A stretch of 64,000 nt of DNA. Origin: Atopobiaceae bacterium. GTDB lineage: Bacteria; Actinomycetota; Coriobacteriia; Coriobacteriales; Atopobiaceae. How positions within the stretch are numbered: position 1 is the first letter of the stretch; the number at the start of each line of letters is the position of its first letter. A model generated the notes under the pieces. That model was given only the letters and a program-made list of their open reading frames with translations, was not told the origin of the DNA and did not search any database. The stretch is from positions 18,122 through 82,121 of the forward strand of contig JAWRJQ010000099.1 of NCBI GenBank assembly GCA_040307385.1, read 5' to 3'. This document shows positions 8,698 through 18,632 of this stretch, one piece after another. Position numbers and translations under genes: made by a program.

Positions 8698-10434
8698 ATG
8701 AGCACCATCAAAGCACCGATCGATCCCACGTCATGCGCTGCCTGGAAGGCGCTGGATGAGCACAAGGCTGCGTTCGACACGCAGGGCATCACCCTCAAGG
8801 AGCTGTTCGCCAACGACCCCGACCGCGTTGCCAAACTCTCCTTCGATGTGGCCGACCTGCACTTCGATCTCTCCAAAAACCTGGTGACCGACGAGACGCT
8901 GCCGCTGCTCGTGCAGCTGGCCCGCGAGGTGGGTCTGGAGGAACGGCGCGATGCCATGCTCGCCGGCGAGCACATCAACACCACCGAGGATCGCGCGGTG
9001 CTGCACACGGCCCTGCGCAAGCAGAAGAACCAGGCGGGCAGCCTCATCGTCGACGGGCAGGATTGCATCGACGACGTGCACGGGGTGCTCGATCGCATGT
9101 ACGACTTCGCCGAGCGCGTACGCTCCGGCACCTGGCGCGGCGTCACCGGTCGCGGCATCAAGAACGTGGTGTCGATCGGCATCGGAGGCTCCGACCTGGG
9201 GCCGGTCATGGTGTACGAGGCCCTGCGCCCCTTCCTCGACGGCCCCGCGTGCCGCTTCGTCTCCAACATCGACCCCAACGACATGGCCGAGAAGCTGCGC
9301 GGCCTCGACCCCGAGACCACGCTGGTGATCGTCGTCTCCAAAACCTTCACCACGCTCGAGACCATCACCAACGCCCGCGAGGCGCGTACGTGGCTGCTCG
9401 ACACCCTGGTCGACCAGGGCGCCATCAATAACACGCCCGAGGATGCGGCCAACGCCGTCGCCCACCACTTCGTGGCCGTCTCCACGGCGCTCGACCTGGT
9501 GGCCGACTTCGGCATCGATCCCGCCAACGCCTTCGGGTTCTGGAACTGGGTGGGCGGTCGCTACTCCGTGGATTCCGCCGTCGGGCTCTCGCTCATCCTG
9601 GCGTTCGGTCGCGAGCGGTTCGTGCAGTTCCTCTCGGGCTTCCGCGCCATCGACGAGCACTTCGCCGCCGCGCCGCTCGAGCAGAACGTGCCCGCGCTCA
9701 TGGGCCTCATGAACGTGTGGTACGTCAACTTCTTCGGCGCCGAGAGCCACGCCGTGCTGCCGTACTGCCAGTACCTGCATCGCTTCCCCGCCTACCTGCA
9801 GCAGCTCACCATGGAGTCCAACGGCAAGGGCACGCGCTGGGACGGCTCGCCCGTCACCACCAAGACCGGCGAGGTGTTCTGGGGCGAGGCGGGCACCAAC
9901 GGCCAGCACGCGTTCTACCAGCTCATTCATCAGGGCACACGCCTGATCCCGGCGGACTTCATCGCCTTCGTCAACACGCCCAACCCCACGCGCGACGGCG
10001 ATCAGGACGTGCACGAGGTGTTTTTGGCCAACTTCCTCGCCCAGACCAAGGCCCTCGCCTTTGGCAAGACGGCCGACGAGGTGCGCGCCGAGGGAACCGC
10101 CGAGTGGATGGTGCCCGCCCGCGTGTTCACGGGCAATCGCCCCACCACATCCATCTTCGGCAAGGAGCTCACGCCGTTCGCGGTTGGGGCTCTCATCGCC
10201 CTCTACGAGCACATCACCTTCACCGAGGGATGCGTTTGGGGCATCAACTCCTTCGATCAGTGGGGCGTCGAGCTGGGCAAGCAGCTTGCCAAGCAGATCG
10301 TTCCCGCGTTCGATGACGATGAGGCCCTTGCCAAGCAGGATCCCAGCACGCAGGCGCTGCTCACCTACTATCGCACCTATCGCACGTGGAACGAGCGCGG
10401 CGGCAGCCCCTTCGTCCGCGATTCGGGAGCGTAG
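8698..10434 (+). CDS. pgi: Glucose-6-phosphate isomerase
   Basis: [28 protein letters not shown] and [10 protein letters not shown] motifs. Confidence 0.98.
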   Translation: MSTIKAPIDPTSCAAWKALDEHKAAFDTQGITLKELFANDPDRVAKLSFDVADLHFDLSKNLVTDETLPLLVQLAREVGLEERRDAMLAGEHINTTEDRAVLHTALRKQKNQAGSLIVDGQDCIDDVHGVLDRMYDFAERVRSGTWRGVTGRGIKNVVSIGIGGSDLGPVMVYEALRPFLDGPACRFVSNIDPNDMAEKLRGLDPETTLVIVVSKTFTTLETITNAREARTWLLDTLVDQGAINNTPEDAANAVAHHFVAVSTALDLVADFGIDPANAFGFWNWVGGRYSVDSAVGLSLILAFGRERFVQFLSGFRAIDEHFAAAPLEQNVPALMGLMNVWYVNFFGAESHAVLPYCQYLHRFPAYLQQLTMESNGKGTRWDGSPVTTKTGEVFWGEAGTNGQHAFYQLIHQGTRLIPADFIAFVNTPNPTRDGDQDVHEVFLANFLAQTKALAFGKTADEVRAEGTAEWMVPARVFTGNRPTTSIFGKELTPFAVGALIALYEHITFTEGCVWGINSFDQWGVELGKQLAKQIVPAFDDDEALAKQDPSTQALLTYYRTYRTWNERGGSPFVRDSGA

Positions 10435-10747
10435 TGCCGAGCGTGGGCGGGCGGACCGGCCGCATGCCCACGCGCACTGCAGCCTCCGCCCACCTTGCTC
10501 CGGCGCAGCCTGTTCCACTGCTGAAGCGTGGCAAGAATATGGTGTTTATATGGCAACGCACACGATGCTGCAGCGCCAATCTGTTAAGCGGCTATCTGTT
10601 TCTGCAGGTAGCGGGGCTGTTGGCTGCTCGTGTCCGCGGCCCGCGCCGCCGCGCCTCGCCGCCCTTGACACGGAAAAAATCGGAGCCTAGCTTGTGAAGT
10701 TGCATAATCAACTATTACTCCGATCAACGATGAGGAGAGCTGAGAGT

Positions 10748-11722
10748 ATGGCGCAAACGCCGTTTGAAAGCTTTATCGCCGCATTCGGCCTGAAAAGCAA
10801 AGACTCCCGAGCCGTCGATGTGGTGGCAGGATGCCCGGTATCCCTGAAGTTCGGCAAGCGGGATGTGACGATCAGGACCGCGATGGACAAGGAGCAGTTC
10901 GAGGCCGTCAAGGACGCGCTCAACGCCAGCCTCGCCTCATCGGGCATCAAAGAGGCGAGATTCTACAACGGCTTCGTGCAGTTCGAGTTGAGCTCGCCCG
11001 GCGGCGCCATCGAAGACTACACCCTCATCCGTAACGCGATCCAGACCCATATCGCGCCTGCGTCCGCGCAGCGCCCCTGCCCCATTTGCGGCAAAGGCTC
11101 GTGCGATATGGCGGCATTCCACGATTTCTCGGATGACACGAACCCGTTGAACGAGTTCGTGCGGGTTCATGCTTCCTGCCATGCGCACGCCGTCGAACAG
11201 GCGCAGGCGAGGATCACGTCGGGCGCGGGAAGCTACCTGCGCGGCATTCTCGGCGCCCTTCTCGGCGCCGCCCTGGTTCTGGCGATCTGCTTCCTCATCG
11301 TCATGGTGAGCGACACCGTTATCGCGCTTCTGTTCGTCGCGGTCACCGGTGCGGCAGGCATAGGCTACCGCCTGCTCAACGGGCCCTACGGCGCCAAGGG
11401 CACGATCGCGTTCGTCGTGGTCAGCATCCTCGCGTTTGCCGGATATATCTACGTCGAGTGCGCGCACTATATCGCTCAGTACTATGAGCTGTCCATATTC
11501 GCCGTCCTGCTCGAGTTCGAAGTTGTCGCACAGACGGCGTTTTCACCCGCGTATCTTGCCGAGGACTGGTTCCAGATCATCTTCTTCATCGTAGGACTCG
11601 TTCTGGCGGCTATCGCGAGCCCGGCGTCTGCAAAATCTGCGCTCAACGATATCCAGGGCTTCGAGTCGATGGTGCTCCCCCTCGATGACGTCGGAGAGCT
11701 TCCGCAGCCCGTCAACCGATAG
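10748..11722 (+). CDS. Hypothetical membrane protein with a Cys/His-rich cytoplasmic domain
   Basis: TTGACA-N17-TAGCTT promoter-like element upstream; CPICG..C..H..CH motif; several C-terminal TM segments. Confidence 0.65.
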   Translation: MAQTPFESFIAAFGLKSKDSRAVDVVAGCPVSLKFGKRDVTIRTAMDKEQFEAVKDALNASLASSGIKEARFYNGFVQFELSSPGGAIEDYTLIRNAIQTHIAPASAQRPCPICGKGSCDMAAFHDFSDDTNPLNEFVRVHASCHAHAVEQAQARITSGAGSYLRGILGALLGAALVLAICFLIVMVSDTVIALLFVAVTGAAGIGYRLLNGPYGAKGTIAFVVVSILAFAGYIYVECAHYIAQYYELSIFAVLLEFEVVAQTAFSPAYLAEDWFQIIFFIVGLVLAAIASPASAKSALNDIQGFESMVLPLDDVGELPQPVNR

Positions 11723-11740
11723 CGTGCCAGTTCCGCCCGC

Positions 11741-12295
11741 CTAGCCGCTCCGCTCCCTGAGCATCTTGACCAAGCTGCGGAAGCGCGTCTCGGAGAGCGC
11801 CTTGCAGGGAATGTAGACGTACCTGCGCTGGCCGAACTTTGCGAGCGCGCCGTCGGAGTCCTCGGCGACTCCCTTGAGTTCGGCGAGGGGATACGTGCAG
11901 GCAGTGCCGTCGTGCCCTTCGACGATCATCGCCTCGGCGGTCACGGAGATGCGGCGGCCGGGAGCGCTGCCCTGGGCGAGGTTCGATCGCGCCACGTAGC
12001 GTTCGCGCAGCGAGGGCCAGTTCCTGCCAACGGCACCGCAGGCGAAAAACAGCACGAATCCGGCGATCGTTGCCGGATAGAGGGGCTGCTCCCGGTTGTA
12101 GACCGAGGCGATGATGACGAGCAGGAACACCGCCGAGGACACCGTTACGATCTGCTGTATGCGGCTCGGTCCCACCAGCCGCGCAGCGTTGAGGTAGTTC
12201 ACATCATCCATATCGTATGAGAACGAATAGAGCGCTTCGCCGTGCCGGTCATCGTCGCGGCGCGCCGTCTTCTGCGCGGTGCTCTTGTGAGCCAT
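11741..12295 (-). CDS. YcxB-like membrane protein
   Basis: Two TM helices plus a C-terminal domain ending YVYIPCKAL; start chosen at MAHKST. Confidence 0.6.
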   Translation of the reverse strand: MAHKSTAQKTARRDDDRHGEALYSFSYDMDDVNYLNAARLVGPSRIQQIVTVSSAVFLLVIIASVYNREQPLYPATIAGFVLFFACGAVGRNWPSLRERYVARSNLAQGSAPGRRISVTAEAMIVEGHDGTACTYPLAELKGVAEDSDGALAKFGQRRYVYIPCKALSETRFRSLVKMLRERSG

Positions 12296-12652
12296 GGGGA
12301 TCCTCTCGCCCGCCCTGCATGCCTTAATCCTACTCTGGATGGAGGATGCGTGGAGCAGATGTGTAAAAGTTTTGGTGCCAGCGCGCCCCTCGTGCGCTCG
12401 CCGAGATAACCATCGCGCTTGCGCGGCGTTCGTGTAAGGCGGAACCCGATGGGGGATGATATAAGTGCGGATGGCGAGGAAAGTACTTGACTCGGCCGAA
12501 CTGCCACCCGTACAAGCCGGAACGGCTTGAAGCGTTACCAAGTGGAGGGCTTTGACCTATGTCAGGGCCCTCCGTCCATTTTCATGCATGCGGGCATGCT
12601 GAGCACGCTCGATGTATCCGCAGCGTGCCCGCATGTGGTACAGTACGTATTC

Positions 12653-12761
12653 GAGCGTATTGGATGGGTGCGGGCGACGCCACACCCCGAACCTGGTCAG
12701 GGCCGGGAGGCAGCAGCCATAAGGAGTCACTGGCGGGCGCCCGCTCCCATCGAGCACGCTC
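12653..12761 (+). ncRNA. ffs: Signal recognition particle (4.5S) RNA
   Basis: Conserved SRP domain IV sequence GGTCAGGGCCGGGAGGCAGCAGCCATAAG with a GNRA loop. 5' GAGCGT..GATGGGTGCGGGCG pairs with 3' CGCCCGCTCCCATC..ACGCTC. Extended -10 TGGTACAGT just upstream. Confidence 0.92.
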
Positions 12762-12796
12762 AGCACCGGTGCCGTTTGGCAGACCGATGGGAACAC

Positions 12797-13471
12797 ATGA
12801 GATTCATCAACTACATCATCGACCTTATCAAAGACCCGCGAACGGCCATTGCAACGTGGATCGGCATGGGCCCCGTTGCCGCTTACGGCTTTGTCTTCCT
12901 CATCATCTTCATCGAGACGGGCGTGGTGTTCTTTCCGTTTTTGCCCGGCGATTCGCTGCTCTTTGCGGCGGGATACTTCTCCCACCCCGAGAGCCTTCCG
13001 CAGGGCCACTTCACCCTGCCCGCGCTCCTAGGTTTGGTGTGGGCCGCCGCCATCATAGGCGACCAGATGAACTACGCCATCGGGCACTTCTTCGGCCGCT
13101 CGATCGTCGATTCGGGCAAGGTGAAGGCCATGACGCCCGAACGCATCGCAAAGAGCGAGGCGTTTCTCGAGAAGTGGGGTCCGCTCGCCATCTTCCTGGG
13201 GCGCTTCTTCCCCTTCATCCGCACCTTCGTCCCGTTTCTTGCGGGCATGGGCGGCATGCACTGGCGCAGCTTCGCGATCTACAACGTGACGGGCGGCATC
13301 ACCTGGTCCACGATCTTCGTGGTGCTAGGCTACCTTGTGGGCGGGATCCCCGCCGTGCAGGAGCACTTCGGCCTGCTCGTGGGCGCCATCATCGTGATCT
13401 CCGCCATCCCTGCGGGCGCGACGTTCATCCGCTCGCAGCTCAATAGGGGCAAGAACAAGCAGAGCGCGTAG
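12797..13471 (+). CDS. DedA/VTT-family membrane protein
   Basis: FIETG..FPFLPGDSLLF and GRFFPFIRTF motifs. Confidence 0.93.
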   Translation: MRFINYIIDLIKDPRTAIATWIGMGPVAAYGFVFLIIFIETGVVFFPFLPGDSLLFAAGYFSHPESLPQGHFTLPALLGLVWAAAIIGDQMNYAIGHFFGRSIVDSGKVKAMTPERIAKSEAFLEKWGPLAIFLGRFFPFIRTFVPFLAGMGGMHWRSFAIYNVTGGITWSTIFVVLGYLVGGIPAVQEHFGLLVGAIIVISAIPAGATFIRSQLNRGKNKQSA

Positions 13472-13480
13472 CCTCCGCCC

Positions 13481-15631
13481 ATGCCGCAACCCGCAGACAA
13501 CGACCTCGAGCTGTTCGCGCGGTGCGCAGCGGGCTTCGAGGCGGTTCTCGCGCGGGAGCTGCGCGATCTGAGCATGCACCGCGTCAGGTCGCTCAAGGGC
13601 GGCGTCGCGTTTTTCGGACGGGTGGGCGACGCCTACCGCGCCTGCCTGTGGAGCCGCGTTGCCACGCGCATCCAGCTCGTGCTCACGCGTCTCGACGCCC
13701 GCGATGCCGAAGCGCTGTATGCGGGGTCCGTGCGGTTTGCATGGGAGAAGCACGTGGCGGCAGGGGCTACGATCTCCGTGCGGGCGCATGGCGTCAACGA
13801 TCAGCTCCGCAACACGCAGTTCACGGCGCTCAAGGTGAAGGATGCTCTGTGCGACCGCCTGCGCGAGAAGCGCGGGCAGCGTCCCGATGTCGATGCGCAT
13901 GACCCCGGCTTCTCGATAGACGTCTCGGTCCATCGCAATCACGCCACCCTGTACCTCAACCTGTCGGGTCCCTCGCTGCATCGCCGCGGATACCGTGAGG
14001 AGGCGGTGCAGACCGAGGCGCCGCTCAAGGAGACGCTCGCGGCCGGCATGCTGCTCGCCGCAGACTGGCACCGCCTCGCCCGCGCGGGAGCGGGCTTTGC
14101 CGACCCCATGTGCGGCTCGGGCACGCTCGCCATCGAGGCGGCGCTGATCGCCGCAGATCGCGCTCCCGGCCTCACGCGCACGCGCTGGGGTTTCACGGGC
14201 TGGGCCCGTCATGAGGCATCGGCATGGCACGATTTGATTGAAGAGGCGCGCAAGCGCGCCGATGCCGCGCATGTCAGCATCCTGCTGGTTGCGGGAGACC
14301 TCGACGAACGCGCCATCGCCATCGCACGCGCCAATGCAGAGCGTGCCGGGGTTGCCGACCTCATCGATTTCGGCGTTGCACATGCGGAGGACCTGGGCAG
14401 GCGTCTCGAGGCGGCGTACAGTCGTCTGCCCGAGCGCGGGCTTATCGCCGTGAACCCGCCCTACGGCCACCGCATGCAGAGCGAAGGCGGGCTTCTGCAA
14501 ACCTATGCGGCGCTCGAGCGGGGCATCGCTGCCGTGCCCGAACGCTGGCGCATGGTTGCCATCACGCCCGACGCGGGAATCGACACGGCGCTCGGCCGCC
14601 GTGCGGAGCGCGTCGTGCCATGCTTCAACGGCCCCATCCGCACCGCCGTGCGCTTCTATGGGCTCGCGCCCGTCCAACGCACGCAGCTCGAGGTGATCTC
14701 GCTCTCAGGCACCCGGCTGTCGGTTGCCGTTGCCGAGAAGAACAGCGAGCAGTTTGCGGCGCGGCTGCGCAAGGTGGCCAGGGAGCGCGCAAAATGGGCG
14801 CGGCGCGCGGGCGTGGCGAGCTATCGCGTCTACGATTCCGATCTGCCCGACTATGCGCTCTCGGTGGATGTGTACGCAGGCGCCGGGCCCGATGAGGGCG
14901 CGCGCTTCGTCCGCGTGGCGGAGCACCCGGCGCCCGCTTCGATCGATGCGGACCGAGCGGACGTGCGCTTTGCCGACGCCTGCGCGCTCATCCCCGCCAT
15001 CCTCGAGGTGGAGCAGGCGCGGTGCGCCGTTCTGGGACGTGCGTCCGAACGGTCCGTCGCGGCGGAGCCTCTGATCGCGCATGTTGCCGAGCAGGGCTTT
15101 ACGTTCGAGGCGAACCTCTCCGCACGGCAGGACACGGGCCTTCCGCTCGACCATCGCGCCACGCGCGACCTGCTCGGCTCCCTGGCCCAGGGCGCGCGGT
15201 TCCTGAGCGTGGGGTCCTACGCCGGCGTGCCTGCAGTCTACGCTGCGGCGGGCGGGGCGGCGAGCGTCACGGTGGTGGACCCTGCGGCAGCGCATGTGGC
15301 GTGGGCGCGGCGCAACGTCGCGCACAACGGGTATGCGGCAACGTTCCAGCAGGCGGAGATCGCTGCGTGGCTTTCCCGCGCCCCGCGTTTCGACCTCATC
15401 TACGGCGATGCAGCGGCGCTCTCCACCTTCGATCTGATCAAACAGGCCGCCGAGCTGCTCTCATCGCAGGGCATGCTCGTGCTCACCTCGAGCGCCCGCA
15501 ATGCCTCCCTCGACGCGGAGGCGCTTGCAGCCGCAGGATATGCGTGCGAGGATGCAACGGCGCGCACCATCGGTCACGATTGCGCGCGCACGCCCAAGAT
15601 CCATCGCTGCTGGCTCATCGCGCGCGGTTGA
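13481..15631 (+). CDS. rlmKL: 23S rRNA methyltransferase RlmKL-like fusion (THUMP + RlmL + degenerate RlmK domain)
   Basis: EAPLKETLAAG, DPMCGSGT and NPPYG in the N-half; YRVYDSDLPDY and DTGLPLDHR in the C-half. Confidence 0.85.
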   Translation: MPQPADNDLELFARCAAGFEAVLARELRDLSMHRVRSLKGGVAFFGRVGDAYRACLWSRVATRIQLVLTRLDARDAEALYAGSVRFAWEKHVAAGATISVRAHGVNDQLRNTQFTALKVKDALCDRLREKRGQRPDVDAHDPGFSIDVSVHRNHATLYLNLSGPSLHRRGYREEAVQTEAPLKETLAAGMLLAADWHRLARAGAGFADPMCGSGTLAIEAALIAADRAPGLTRTRWGFTGWARHEASAWHDLIEEARKRADAAHVSILLVAGDLDERAIAIARANAERAGVADLIDFGVAHAEDLGRRLEAAYSRLPERGLIAVNPPYGHRMQSEGGLLQTYAALERGIAAVPERWRMVAITPDAGIDTALGRRAERVVPCFNGPIRTAVRFYGLAPVQRTQLEVISLSGTRLSVAVAEKNSEQFAARLRKVARERAKWARRAGVASYRVYDSDLPDYALSVDVYAGAGPDEGARFVRVAEHPAPASIDADRADVRFADACALIPAILEVEQARCAVLGRASERSVAAEPLIAHVAEQGFTFEANLSARQDTGLPLDHRATRDLLGSLAQGARFLSVGSYAGVPAVYAAAGGAASVTVVDPAAAHVAWARRNVAHNGYAATFQQAEIAAWLSRAPRFDLIYGDAAALSTFDLIKQAAELLSSQGMLVLTSSARNASLDAEALAAAGYACEDATARTIGHDCARTPKIHRCWLIARG

Positions 15632-15651
15632 TGCCGCAGGCATCCTGCCCG

Positions 15652-16257
15652 CTATGCGGTGTCCTCCACCGTTATGCGGATCATCTTGCGCACCGGCATT
15701 TGGGAGACGAGCAGCGTGAACTCGCGGTCTTCGATGGGGTTAGCATAAGCCCCGTCATCCGGGGCGTTGATCACATAGGGCACATGGACGAGACGCTCCG
15801 TGCGAGGATCCGCGGCGATGCCGCTGTGATGCGGCCAGAGCGAGATATCCGAGAACATATCGAGCTGGAGGCACTCGTTTCCGCGCCCGGGTGTGAGCAG
15901 TGCTTCAATTAGGAGAAAACCGCCCTTCTCGTCTCCGTCGTTGCGTATGACCAGATCCACGCAGACGACGCTGCGCTGGTCGCCATGCTTGCCGATCTCC
16001 TCGGGGTTTTCACCATAGGCGCTCATGTATTCGTCGTAGGTCATCACGGTGACGCGCTCGACCTTTACCGAGTAGTCCTGCGTGGGTTCCGAGTCGGCGT
16101 CGTAGTGGAAGCAGCCCTCGAGCGCAACCCATTCGCCCTGTTCGTAGTATTCGTGCGGAATCCAGGGAAACGTCGCGTTCACCCACCAGATGCGCACGCC
16201 GACGGCGATCGCCACCGCCGCAGCCGCAACCGCAACCGCGATCAGCACACGCCGCAT
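15652..16257 (-). CDS. Membrane-anchored accessory protein of the ABC cassette (DUF5028-like)
   Basis: N-terminal TM helix; last gene of the operon; the start could be 16269. Confidence 0.55.
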   Translation of the reverse strand: MRRVLIAVAVAAAAVAIAVGVRIWWVNATFPWIPHEYYEQGEWVALEGCFHYDADSEPTQDYSVKVERVTVMTYDEYMSAYGENPEEIGKHGDQRSVVCVDLVIRNDGDEKGGFLLIEALLTPGRGNECLQLDMFSDISLWPHHSGIAADPRTERLVHVPYVINAPDDGAYANPIEDREFTLLVSQMPVRKMIRITVEDTA

Positions 16258-16270
16258 CCTCGCGCCCATG

Positions 16271-16921
16271 TCACCGATCCTTCCCCGCAGGCGGCGTCAA
16301 CCTGCCTGCGTCCATGTGGCAGCTCCGGGTGCAGACGGAATCGAGGAAGTCCTTGTCGTGGCTCGACACCACAACGCAGGCGCCGCGCTGCCGCTCCTGC
16401 GCGATGATGTCGATGAGCTCCACCACTCCCGAGTCATCGAGGCCGCTCGTAGGCTCGTCGAGGATGAGCAGTTGGGGCTTCTCCATGAGGGCCATGGCGA
16501 TGCCGAGGCGCTGCCTCATGCCGAGGGAGTACGTCCGGCACCGCTTGCGGTTGTCGGGGTCGAGGCCCACGCGCCGTATGGCCTCGCGGAGGTCGTCCGT
16601 GGTGGCGATGCCCTTGACCATGGCCAACAGCTCCAGGTTATCGATGCCGGAGTAGTTGTTGAGGATGGCGGGGGTTTCTATGAGGATGCCCGCGCTCGGA
16701 GGGAACGAGATGTCCTTCCAGAGGGTTGCACCGTCGATGGCAACCTCGCCCGAGGTCGGCCTGACCAGCCCGCACATCACCCTCATGAGCATGGTCTTGC
16801 CCGATCCGTTGCGCCCCTCAAGCCCCACGACCTCGCCCAGCTCGCACGAGAGGCTGACGTTGTCGAGGATGGTTTCTCCTCGGATCTGCTTGGATATCTG
16901 GCAGACGTCAAGATAGCTCAT
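16271..16921 (-). CDS. ABC transporter ATP-binding protein
   Basis: GRNGSGKT, YSLGMRQR and LILDEPT motifs, H-loop SSH. Confidence 0.95.
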   Translation of the reverse strand: MSYLDVCQISKQIRGETILDNVSLSCELGEVVGLEGRNGSGKTMLMRVMCGLVRPTSGEVAIDGATLWKDISFPPSAGILIETPAILNNYSGIDNLELLAMVKGIATTDDLREAIRRVGLDPDNRKRCRTYSLGMRQRLGIAMALMEKPQLLILDEPTSGLDDSGVVELIDIIAQERQRGACVVVSSHDKDFLDSVCTRSCHMDAGRLTPPAGKDR

Positions 16922-17817
16922 ATCCGATCCTTCCTCAGCACGTCCCGCGTGGAGACGATCATTCCTCCTGCGATAACCGCAGCGAGCGAGACGATCCCGG
17001 ATAGCGCCGCGGATACCCACAGCTGTATGCCCGGCGCATAGGTGCCGAATTCGGTCTGAACCGGTCCTTGGACCACGAACTCCGCGCTGCGCGAGGCCAT
17101 CATGAGATTGCCCATGAGAAGCGGGCTCATCGCAAAGAGCGATGCGCAGATCGAGGCTGCAATCAGGGCAAATGCAATGTTGCGGTCAAGTGCGGCCGAG
17201 AGTGCGCACTGCGCGAGGGCCAAGGCGCATGATGCGATGAGCGTGGAGATGCAGACGGGCAGGCCGCTGCGCACCGCGCCATGCGTGAGCGTCTCGTGCG
17301 TGAAATCGCACAGCGAGGGCAGCCAGGTCGAGGTTTCGAATGTCAGCTCGCCGCCCAGGGCGAGCGTCGCGGCAAGGCATACGGCGGCAACGCTCGCCCA
17401 GTAGGCGAGCACGCTTATCAGAGCCGACAAGAAGATGCCCTCCCAACAGGCACGGCGGCTGCCGCTGGCAACCATCACGCCCTGCAGCTCCTGGCTGTCG
17501 GGGTATACCGCCGAGACGAGGTAGACCGCAACGAGCATGAGCGCCAGCCAGCCGAAGGGAATCTTCAGCTGCTGCATCACCGTGAGCACATCTGGATTTG
17601 GCGGGGGCTGCGGCATGCCGGTAAGAACCGCACAGACGAGATCGCCCAGTTTCGGAGCGCGCGCAGCCTCGCTCACAAGGAGCTTCAGCCACAGGCCGAC
17701 GCATTCGCCCAAGGCGATGAGCGCACCCAAGGCGCAGCAGGCGCGACGTTCGAACCTCGAGGCACGCAAGGTTCGTTTCAAGACGCGCAGGGCAGCGTGC
17801 ACGCCGCCCACCATCAT
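16918..17817 (-). CDS. ABC-exporter-associated multi-pass membrane protein
   Basis: About 6 TM segments; overlaps neighbouring genes by 4 nt. Confidence 0.7.
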   Translation of the reverse strand: MMVGGVHAALRVLKRTLRASRFERRACCALGALIALGECVGLWLKLLVSEAARAPKLGDLVCAVLTGMPQPPPNPDVLTVMQQLKIPFGWLALMLVAVYLVSAVYPDSQELQGVMVASGSRRACWEGIFLSALISVLAYWASVAAVCLAATLALGGELTFETSTWLPSLCDFTHETLTHGAVRSGLPVCISTLIASCALALAQCALSAALDRNIAFALIAASICASLFAMSPLLMGNLMMASRSAEFVVQGPVQTEFGTYAPGIQLWVSAALSGIVSLAAVIAGGMIVSTRDVLRKDRI

Positions 17818-18632
17818 CGTCTCCCTCCTATGCCTATGTCGATGCGCGATGCTAGCGCCAGACCGCCCAAAAAGGCTGCTATACCTGCGAGAACGAAGAG
17901 CGCAAGACCTGCTTCCGGTCTAAGCAGCCCGTCTGCAAAGATGCTGCTGCGGGATGCGAGGAGATGGGCGAGGGGCATCGAGGAGTCCTTGACGAACCAT
18001 GCGGTGGCCAGGTGCGTCACCGATACGATGAACGCAGGAACAGCGCCGATTGCCAAGGAGAGGGCGAGCTGCACCAAAGATAAAGCGATAAGCCCCACGA
18101 AAAAGATTCCCGCAAAGCCCATGATGTGCGTCCAGGGGTAGTGCATGGGCGCGGTGGGGTCTCCTCCCCAAAGAGAATAGGCAGCGCACTCGGACCCAAG
18201 GCTCACATGCCCGCCCAGTGCAAATGTCCACAAAAGCGTGCCGATAAGGAGCGCCGCGCAGTCTATGGTAACGGTGAGCGTGCATACGAGAGCCTCGGCT
18301 CCCCACCAACGCGCCCTGCTCCCCGAGAGGGCGATGAGAGCGGTGTCGAACGAGCCTTGTCCACCGTGCACGGGCGCGCGGGTCGAGACGAGAACGCATA
18401 GGATGATGACGCTCCAAATGCTGATCAGGTCTATGTCGTTGCCCAAGGGGCCGAAGAGCACATCTCCGCCTGCAAAGGCGGTGCCGGACAGGCGGCGCAG
18501 GGCAAGCCCGCTTTTGAGCCCCACGGCATCGGAACCCGAGATGGCAAGGATCAGCCCCCAGCACGTCCAGCGGCGCGAGCACCGTGCACGCCACAGCGAT
18601 ACTGTCGTCCCGAAAAACGCGCTGCGGCTCAT
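17814..18632 (-). CDS. ABC-exporter-associated multi-pass membrane protein
   Basis: About 6 TM segments; translationally coupled to neighbours. Confidence 0.7.
   Translation of the reverse strand: MSRSAFFGTTVSLWRARCSRRWTCWGLILAISGSDAVGLKSGLALRRLSGTAFAGGDVLFGPLGNDIDLISIWSVIILCVLVSTRAPVHGGQGSFDTALIALSGSRARWWGAEALVCTLTVTIDCAALLIGTLLWTFALGGHVSLGSECAAYSLWGGDPTAPMHYPWTHIMGFAGIFFVGLIALSLVQLALSLAIGAVPAFIVSVTHLATAWFVKDSSMPLAHLLASRSSIFADGLLRPEAGLALFVLAGIAAFLGGLALASRIDIGIGGRR

Noticed and set aside
12476-12486. GAGGAAAGTAC resembling the RNase P RNA P4 motif
   Set aside because: It mismatches GAGGAAAGTCC and has no matching 3' P4 strand. The real ncRNA in this gap is the SRP RNA.
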